Sequence record: SRR31156797_3966
Direction: 5' to 3' (one strand)
DNA length: 64,000 nucleotides
Made by a program: the position numbers and the translations under genes. Of the stretch, positions 57,777-64,000 are shown in pieces (positions within the stretch are counted from its first letter, which is position 1; every line of letters begins with the position of its first letter). The notes under the pieces are model-generated. The model was not told where the DNA came from. It did not search any database and worked only from the letters and a program-made list of their open reading frames with translations.

Positions 57777-58898
57777 TTATGCGTATTGTGAAACAATTCT
57801 ATTCCAGCGGCTTCTTTTTTCGAAGAAATCTAACTTAACCTGCTCATATCGTAGCTTCATAACAGAATGTTCATATTTCTGCAGTGCTTGGTTTTTCTTA
57901 CATTCAAGCAATTGTTTTTTTACATCGTAGTAATTGTTCAGTTCTTTGATGAAACCATCAAATTCTTGTTGAAAACTGTTCATTAATACCAGGTGATTGG
58001 GTAGTGATGAAATCCGACTTTGTACGTATACCAACGCCATTTGCGCTCTGGCTTTTTCCACTTTAAGGGCTGGTGCTTTACGTAGCTTTTTGGTTAAGCC
58101 TAACCATGAGCACATCTTTATCAGCCATTTGGTTGGATCGTATTGCCACCAATAAATGCCATTGCGGTAATCATTTTCAAAAATATGGTGGTAATTATGA
58201 TAGCCCTCACCAAAAGTGAAAAAGGCCAGCAAGCCATTGTCTCTGGCGGTGTTTCTGTTGGTATAAGGCTGTGAACCCCAAATGTGCGCCAGTGAATTGA
58301 TGAAAAATGTAGTATGGTGATTGAGAACCAGTCGAACCGCACCCACCATCAACAGCATACCTATCACATCCCCATAGAACAGGCCCAACATCAGTGGTAC
58401 ACCAATGTTCATGAGTAACGCGAGCGGTACATAGTATTTATGTTGCCACATGACGATTTTGTCTTTTTGTAAGTCACGACAGTTACTGTAATCGTGGTAG
58501 ATCGCCTGATTATAGTGTCGGAGCATCCAACCGATATGAGAGTACCAAAAGCCTTTCTTTGCAGAGTAAGGGTCTTTACCGTTTTGGTCGACAAACTTGT
58601 GGTGTACTCGGTGATCTGAAGACCAATGCAAGGCACTATTTTGTAATGCGAATGCACCACCTAGTGCGCACATCAAACGGACAATCCAATGGGCTTCAAA
58701 GGCTTTATGTGACCAAAGGCGATGGTAACCCATGGTAATTGATAGGTTACAAAACGAAAAACAAACAACCAGCCAGACCCAATGTTCAGCGCCAAAACCG
58801 AAATTCCAGCCATATAGAGGTGTCACAACCACAGCCAGTAAAAAGCTTAACGAAAAAATTGCGACATTAAGCCATATCAATGGCGGTTTACTATCCAT
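57777..58898 (-). CDS. Acyl-CoA (delta-9) fatty acid desaturase
   Basis: His boxes YHRLWSH, DHRVHH, YHNYHH; start moved to ATG 58898. Confidence 0.93.
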   Translation of the reverse strand: MDSKPPLIWLNVAIFSLSFLLAVVVTPLYGWNFGFGAEHWVWLVVCFSFCNLSITMGYHRLWSHKAFEAHWIVRLMCALGGAFALQNSALHWSSDHRVHHKFVDQNGKDPYSAKKGFWYSHIGWMLRHYNQAIYHDYSNCRDLQKDKIVMWQHKYYVPLALLMNIGVPLMLGLFYGDVIGMLLMVGAVRLVLNHHTTFFINSLAHIWGSQPYTNRNTARDNGLLAFFTFGEGYHNYHHIFENDYRNGIYWWQYDPTKWLIKMCSWLGLTKKLRKAPALKVEKARAQMALVYVQSRISSLPNHLVLMNSFQQEFDGFIKELNNYYDVKKQLLECKKNQALQKYEHSVMKLRYEQVKLDFFEKRSRWNRIVSQYA

Positions 58899-58912
58899 AC
58901 TAAAACCCTTTG

Positions 58913-58956
58913 AGCTTACAAGTGTGCGCCAGAATATCAGCGAACAGGTGTAAGTC
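58913..58956. promoter_or_regulatory. Tandem FabR/DesT-type operators upstream of the desaturase
   Basis: AGCTTACA-AG-TGTGCGCC (58913-58930) and AGCGAACA-GG-TGTAAGTC (58939-58956) versus AGCGTACA-nn-TGTWCGCT. Confidence 0.7.
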
Positions 58957-59062
58957 AAATAACTTTAACGAAATTGTGACCAGTATGTTTTGCTTTTTGT
59001 TTTGAATTGAATAGTATTATCGGGTACTAAAAATCCTTACAGGAAGTTATAAGGACTAATAA

Positions 59063-59593
59063 ATGGAAATTAGGATAGCGGAATATAGCGATTTTGAATC
59101 AATCGCTGCTCTTCATGTTCGAAGTTGGAAGGCTCATTATCAAGGTCTGTTAAATCAGGAATACCTGGAAAATGAGGCTCTCTCTGACAGACTTGTCATT
59201 TGGCAAACACGTTTAACCAATCCACCTTTTAATCAACATATCCTGCTACTGGAAGACGAGGGTAAGCTACTTGGCTTTATCTGCGCTTTTGGTAATCATG
59301 ATTTTGAGCGGGGAAGTATTATTGAGTCATTGCACATTGAACCGCAATACCGCGGTCGCGGTTTAGGTAAAATGCTAATTCGTGAAATGGCTGAATGGAT
59401 CGATCATTATTTTCCTGATAACGGTGTTTATCTTGAAGTGCTGGAACAAAATCAGCAAGCGATCGATTTTTACGACCATATCGGTGGTGAACATCAAGTT
59501 GAACAGCTGTGGAAAGCACCATGCGGTAGTGAGGTGCCTGAGTTCGTTTATGCGTGGAAAACGCCAAAACTGATGCTTGCAGCGATAGAATAA
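59063..59593 (+). CDS. GNAT family acetyltransferase
   Basis: LHI.PQYRGRGLGK.L motif A, N..A..FY. Confidence 0.9.
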   Translation: MEIRIAEYSDFESIAALHVRSWKAHYQGLLNQEYLENEALSDRLVIWQTRLTNPPFNQHILLLEDEGKLLGFICAFGNHDFERGSIIESLHIEPQYRGRGLGKMLIREMAEWIDHYFPDNGVYLEVLEQNQQAIDFYDHIGGEHQVEQLWKAPCGSEVPEFVYAWKTPKLMLAAIE

Positions 59594-59612
59594 ATACGCT
59601 TCACCTTTCGAT

Positions 59613-59638
59613 AAAAAGCCCAGCATTTTGCTGGGCTT
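59613..59638. terminator. Bidirectional terminator
   Basis: AAGCCCAGCA-TTT-TGCTGGGCTT between convergent genes. Confidence 0.8.
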
Positions 59639-59657
59639 ATTTGATCTTAAAGCCGTT

Positions 59658-61418
59658 CTACTGTTTGGTTGTGAACTCAGATACCGCTTTATCCATCTCT
59701 TTAGCCTGAAGGGCAACCATGTCAACTTCAGTAAGCACATGTTGTGCAGAATGCATGTTATCTTCAGAAATTGAATTGAGTTCAGTGATAGAGTCACTCA
59801 CCTGATGCATGACGATCCCTTGCTCCTCAATTGCCGAAGCAATACGCTCAGAGTTGGCTTGAATGTTGGTCATGTCTGAGATGATGAGGCCCAAGCTATC
59901 ATCAAGCTGACGTGAATTTTCCAGTGTTGAGTGGCTTTGACTATTACATTGCTCGATGTCTTTCACCACCTGACTCATTTGTGTCTGGATTGCTGAAACG
60001 ACACTGGTGATTTCTTCGGTTGATTCGTGGGTGCGTGTCGCGAGTGAACGAACTTCATCGGCAACCACGGCAAATCCTCGCCCTTGTTCACCAGCTCGTG
60101 CGGCTTCAATAGCGGCATTCAGTGCAAGCAAATTGGTTTGCTCTGCAATACCTTGAATGATGTTAACCGTCCCACCGATTTTCTCAACCAAGCTATTAAG
60201 CGAAGCGATGGAGCTTTGACTGGATTCAAGGGTGTCAGACAACTGCTGTATGTTATTGACTGTTGATTCCACCACGTCGCGTCCGTTAGCCGCATTGTTA
60301 GAAGCTTGCTGCACGCCTTCTACTGCCACACTGGTACTCTCAGAAATTTCTCTAATCGCTGAAACCATTTCTTGAACAGACGTCGCCATCATCGAAGTAT
60401 GCTCTGTTTGTGCATTGAAGTGCTTTAACACTTCTTCCAGTTCATTGTGCATCGCCGCGGTGCTTTTCGAGAGCTGATTAGACTTGTTTTGCGTTCCAGA
60501 AATCAATGACTCGAACTTATCCAATAACTTGTTGAAGTATTGGCTGACTGAAGCCATCTCATCTTTACCCGTAATGTCTGAACGAATACCGATATTATTG
60601 GTCTCAGAGATGTTGTGGATAACATCCAGAATACGATTAACCCGTTGGTTGATGGTGCGAGAAATTTGGGTGATCAACACAACAATCAACAGGATAACGA
60701 ACAGGGTAATGCTGTTTTCTATGATGGCGATTTCACTCTGACGACTGTCAATTTCTTGGTTCAGTTTGGCTGAGAAGTTTTTAAACTGTTCTTCGACATC
60801 GTGAGAGAGGTTACGGGTATTACCCAGTAAACCTTGGTTATACTTTAACCCTATGTTTATTTCTTGTTGGATTACCGAATTGGCAGCGGCGAGTAATTCC
60901 GCCGATTTGGAGATTTGGTCGTCTTCGATAAAACCATCAAGTACATTGTTATCAAAACGCATCAGGCTAATTTTGCTTGCCGTATCTGCTTGATTGAACT
61001 CTCTGTTTAAAACGCTGTAGTATTTACCAAACAGTCCAGATTCTTTGTTGAGGCCAAGAGTAATATAGGCATTAACCAGTTCTTCGAATCCTTTACGGTA
61101 GGCTAGGAGATCCTGACGCAAGTCGGCAGAAGAGCCCAACTTATTATTGGCTAGGATGTTTGAGAGTTCGGTTTCTAAAGATAAGAACTGCTCGCTATTC
61201 GATTTGAACGTATCTAGATACTTGGCGTCAGAGCGAAGTAGGAAGTCTTTTTCGTTTCTTCTGAGATTAAGTAGGCGAATCTCTAACTTGTCGACGAGAG
61301 AAATGGCATGGGTTAAGTTTTCAGTGGTGCTAGTAAAGTAATTGGAACTTATTAAAAGTGTCACGATGCCTAAAACAGCAATAACACCTAATGAATACAA
61401 TTTCTGTTTAATATTCAT
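59658..61418 (-). CDS. Methyl-accepting chemotaxis protein
   Basis: Two TMs, [11 protein letters not shown] sensor motif, [38 protein letters not shown]. Confidence 0.95.
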   Translation of the reverse strand: MNIKQKLYSLGVIAVLGIVTLLISSNYFTSTTENLTHAISLVDKLEIRLLNLRRNEKDFLLRSDAKYLDTFKSNSEQFLSLETELSNILANNKLGSSADLRQDLLAYRKGFEELVNAYITLGLNKESGLFGKYYSVLNREFNQADTASKISLMRFDNNVLDGFIEDDQISKSAELLAAANSVIQQEINIGLKYNQGLLGNTRNLSHDVEEQFKNFSAKLNQEIDSRQSEIAIIENSITLFVILLIVVLITQISRTINQRVNRILDVIHNISETNNIGIRSDITGKDEMASVSQYFNKLLDKFESLISGTQNKSNQLSKSTAAMHNELEEVLKHFNAQTEHTSMMATSVQEMVSAIREISESTSVAVEGVQQASNNAANGRDVVESTVNNIQQLSDTLESSQSSIASLNSLVEKIGGTVNIIQGIAEQTNLLALNAAIEAARAGEQGRGFAVVADEVRSLATRTHESTEEITSVVSAIQTQMSQVVKDIEQCNSQSHSTLENSRQLDDSLGLIISDMTNIQANSERIASAIEEQGIVMHQVSDSITELNSISEDNMHSAQHVLTEVDMVALQAKEMDKAVSEFTTKQ

Positions 61419-61574
61419 ACAATTACCTGGTTGGTTGAGTTATTAATATTTTTGTTATTATTGGGGTGAGTTTAGGGCTGAATGAGTAACCTAGCAACAA
61501 AGTTCTTTTAGATTAGTATATTAGTTTTATTAAATTTTTATGACAGCGCGGCGAAATTTGGAGTTCAAAGTACG

Positions 61575-62174
61575 ATGGCAATAGATTTACAAAAGTACAA
61601 AGGGTTGATTTTTGATATGGATGGCACACTGATTGACACCATGCCATCTCATGTTGAAGCTTGGAAAATGACGGCAGAAAAGTTTAACTTTCCTTTTGAT
61701 GGCGAATGGCTGCAAAGCATGGGGGGAATGCCAAGCGTCAAGATAGCGGTAGAAATTAATAAAGCATACGGACTAGACTTAGATCCTAAGTCAGTTTCTG
61801 AATGTAAAATGGACGCCTTTACTTCGCTTGATGAGGAGGGCGGATTAATCGCCGACACTTACCAAGTTTTTGAAGCAAGCTTAGGCGAGAAAAAAATCGC
61901 AGTAGGGACGGGTAGCCAACGTGTAAGTGCAGTAAAACTGCTTACGCGTGTGGGTATGCTCGATAAACTGGACGCTTTAGTCACCGCGACCGATGTGGAC
62001 AATCATAAGCCTCACCCTGAAACCTTTCTCAAAGCGTGTGAACTGATTGGTTTGCAACCTGAAGAGTGTGTGGTTTTTGAAGATACCGATCTCGGTAAAA
62101 AAGCAGCGCATGCTGGTGGGATGGATTGCATTATGGTGACGGACAGTGGGCTTCAGTTTCACCCTTGTCAATAA
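61575..62174 (+). CDS. yqaB: HAD family phosphatase (YqaB/beta-phosphoglucomutase-like)
   Basis: FDMDGTLIDT, VGTGS, HKPHPETFL, VFED...G..AA. Confidence 0.85.
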   Translation: MAIDLQKYKGLIFDMDGTLIDTMPSHVEAWKMTAEKFNFPFDGEWLQSMGGMPSVKIAVEINKAYGLDLDPKSVSECKMDAFTSLDEEGGLIADTYQVFEASLGEKKIAVGTGSQRVSAVKLLTRVGMLDKLDALVTATDVDNHKPHPETFLKACELIGLQPEECVVFEDTDLGKKAAHAGGMDCIMVTDSGLQFHPCQ

Positions 62175-62187
62175 TTCATAGGCTAAA

Positions 62188-62214
62188 AATAGAGCCGCAT
62201 TATGCGGCTCTATT
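62188..62214. terminator. Bidirectional terminator
   Basis: AATAGAGCCGCA-TTA-TGCGGCTCTATT. Confidence 0.82.
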
Positions 62215-62228
62215 CATTTCAGAGAATT

Positions 62229-62702
62229 TTATTGGATTTTAATCAGTTCAACGTCAAAAATCAGTGTTGCTGATGGTGGAATTGGTCCCGTTCCGCTTTT
62301 ACCGTAACCCAGGTTAGCTGGAATGAACAGACGCATTTTTTGACCTTCAACCATAAGCTGGACACCTTCTTGCCAGCCTTTGATTACTTGGTTTAAACCA
62401 AACGTAATAGGTTCGTTACGTTGGTAAGAGCTATCAAATACAGTTCCGTCTAATAACTTACCTTCGTAATGTACCGTTACTTTGCTGTTTGCTTTCGGAT
62501 GCACATCACCTGTACCTTCACTGAGCACTGTGTATTGCAAGCCGCTCTCTGTTATTAGTACATCTGGTTTGGTCGCGTTTTCGCTCAAAAACGCCTGACC
62601 TAGAGCCAGTTGTTCTTCTCCAGCTTTATGATTGGTCCAAGTACGGTAGGCGAAAAAAGCCGCCAGCACAAAAATTACAATGGGAAATACGATTTTATAC
62701 AT
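62229..62702 (-). CDS. FKBP-type peptidyl-prolyl isomerase with N-terminal membrane anchor
   Basis: TESGLQY, VHYEG.L.DG.VFDSS, VIKGW.EG, IP..LGYG, LIFDVEL. Confidence 0.95.
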   Translation of the reverse strand: MYKIVFPIVIFVLAAFFAYRTWTNHKAGEEQLALGQAFLSENATKPDVLITESGLQYTVLSEGTGDVHPKANSKVTVHYEGKLLDGTVFDSSYQRNEPITFGLNQVIKGWQEGVQLMVEGQKMRLFIPANLGYGKSGTGPIPPSATLIFDVELIKIQ

Positions 62703-62719
62703 AGAGAGTCAGTCTCGAA

Positions 62720-63346
62720 TTAGGGTTGAGTGAGTAGGTAAGAAATGGTTTTGGCAATACCTTCGATATCTTTGTGTCCACTGGTAATCACTTGATATTT
62801 ACCTTTAACAACAAAAGTCGGTACCGCGTTGATTTGACCTTCTTGTGAGGCTTTATCTGCCATTTTAATCATGCCAAACAGCTTATTTTTTTGCTCAGTG
62901 GTCAACTGGTAAGGGCTGGTGAGGTTACGATCGTAGAATACTTTTTCAATTGCCGCTTGTCGGTCACTCAGTGTCGCTCCGTCACCGAGCTGAACCGCAG
63001 CGAATAACTCTTCCATCATTACCGCGTCAGGAATCCCTTCTAACTGCATTACCGCTGTGTAATAGATCATTGCGCCGATGCGTGCGCCTTCATTAAATGT
63101 CACATGCAGTTTACCGAAGTGCTCATTGGTCAGCTCTTCCAGTTGTGGAATCACCGTTTCCATCTTTCTGCAATGGCCACATGTCAGTGAAAAAATTTCA
63201 GTGACAGGAGCAAGACGGTGAGTCGAAAGATTCGCAGGGAGTAGCTGGTATTGTTCACCTTCAATAGGAGTTGAGTTCTCACTACATCCAGAAAGGACTA
63301 AAATCATAGTGAAGACACTGACAAAGCCGGTTAGAAACTTTTTCAT
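62720..63346 (-). CDS. DsbA/DsbL-like thiol:disulfide interchange lipoprotein
   Basis: Lipobox LSGC, CGHC, cis-Pro loop AVPTFVV.GKY. Confidence 0.88.
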   Translation of the reverse strand: MKKFLTGFVSVFTMILVLSGCSENSTPIEGEQYQLLPANLSTHRLAPVTEIFSLTCGHCRKMETVIPQLEELTNEHFGKLHVTFNEGARIGAMIYYTAVMQLEGIPDAVMMEELFAAVQLGDGATLSDRQAAIEKVFYDRNLTSPYQLTTEQKNKLFGMIKMADKASQEGQINAVPTFVVKGKYQVITSGHKDIEGIAKTISYLLTQP

Positions 63347-63498
63347 TATTATTCGCCTTTTAAAAACACTGAGAGAGATTCTAACGGTTAACAGATGTGA
63401 CGCAAACCACGGATAAGTAAATTGTTGTTATTTTTTGATAAAGTTTTACCAACGTCGCCGATAAATAAAAGTAGTTAGATGAGAGAGTGATGTGAGTA

Positions 63499-64000
63499 AT
63501 GAAGTATTTAGTTTTTCCTCTTATATTGATGTTGTCGGGCTGTGGTTCTTTAGCCACTGACCGAATGTTTACTGATAACTTACTGGATGCTGCGCCGAAA
63601 GGTGAGATGGAAGTCCGTAATCCTGAATGGGTAGTGTCTTCTCGTACCGTAAATTCGGGCGTAAAAGGTCCTCTAGGGCAGGTGAGAACCAACAGTTATG
63701 ACGCGCTTCAACAGTTTTTACTCCACAACGGTGTGGATTATGAAGTGCTGCCAGGAAACCATATCATGGTTAAATTGAAAGACTCGGTGAAGTTTGAAAC
63801 GGGATCATCCCAAGTGTCGCTAGAGTCTGAGCAATGGCTCAGTATGATGAGCGACTTCCTAGCTCAACAACATGGCATCGACGTTGTGATTGACGGCCAC
63901 ACCGATGACACAGGTCAAATGACGTTTAATGACTCTCTCTCGATTAAACGTGCCGATAAGGTGAAAAGCACACTAATTAAAAACAGTGTAGCGAAAGATT
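63499..64000 (+). CDS. OmpA-like C-terminal domain lipoprotein, truncated by the window end
   Basis: Translated by hand: MKYLVFPLILMLSGC lipobox, VKFETGSS, IDGHTDDTG...N..LS.KRA; absent from the ORF track because there is no stop in the window. Confidence 0.88.
   Translation, partial: MKYLVFPLILMLSGCGSLATDRMFTDNLLDAAPKGEMEVRNPEWVVSSRTVNSGVKGPLGQVRTNSYDALQQFLLHNGVDYEVLPGNHIMVKLKDSVKFETGSSQVSLESEQWLSMMSDFLAQQHGIDVVIDGHTDDTGQMTFNDSLSIKRADKVKSTLIKNSVAKD

Noticed and set aside
699-62171. Many 60-160 aa ORFs overlapping long genes on the opposite strand or in another frame (e.g. 8416-8823, 44692-45102, 48993-49469, 59375-59797)
   Set aside because: They shadow well-supported genes and show no recognisable motifs.
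63381-63692. 103 aa minus-strand ORF
   Set aside because: Antisense to the OmpA-like lipoprotein starting at 63499.
1-64000. CRISPR array, prophage, IS/transposase, integron cassettes, rRNA/tRNA, defence systems
   Set aside because: No regularly spaced direct repeats, integrase, transposase or phage genes, or RNA gene signatures were seen; the DUF294/exonuclease pair lacks CBASS or toxin-antitoxin context.

Overview
Vibrio-like DNA, probably chromosome II (inferred from gene content such as speAB, orphan napGH and Vibrio-type porins and repeats), with no prophage, IS, CRISPR array, rRNA or tRNA visible. Housekeeping flanks (speAB, an Lrp/PLP-lyase/amino-acid ABC module, yidE and panE on the left; napGH, dcuC, a desaturase, GNAT, MCP, yqaB, FKBP, DsbA-like and OmpA-like genes on the right) enclose a ~43 kb uronate-catabolism region with two parts. 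(A) 10.9-33.5 kb is a sulfated-glycan locus: porin, SulP, GalT, GH88, a divergent GH112 phosphorylase, two signal-less Cys-type sulfatases (resembling GalNAc/Gal 4-O- and 6-O-sulfatases), anSME, DUF2264/GH154, a family-5 ABC importer and an MCP. (B) 33.8-51.1 kb is an enterobacterial-type pectin oligomer locus: kdgR, ogl, an SSS transporter, CE8, kdgM, togMNAB, pelW, a YeeO-like MATE, paeX, kdgF and ygjV. KdgR-box-like palindromes precede most transcription units in both parts and also a cNMP-CBS-DUF294/exonuclease pair. Best candidate for an undescribed system: locus A as a cytoplasmic pathway for uronate-capped, sulfated beta-galactoside oligomers, possibly the proteoglycan linker (HexA-Gal-Gal-Xyl), using a GH112 with a new acceptor specificity. 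Family and subfamily calls rest on motif recognition from memory, not database searches.
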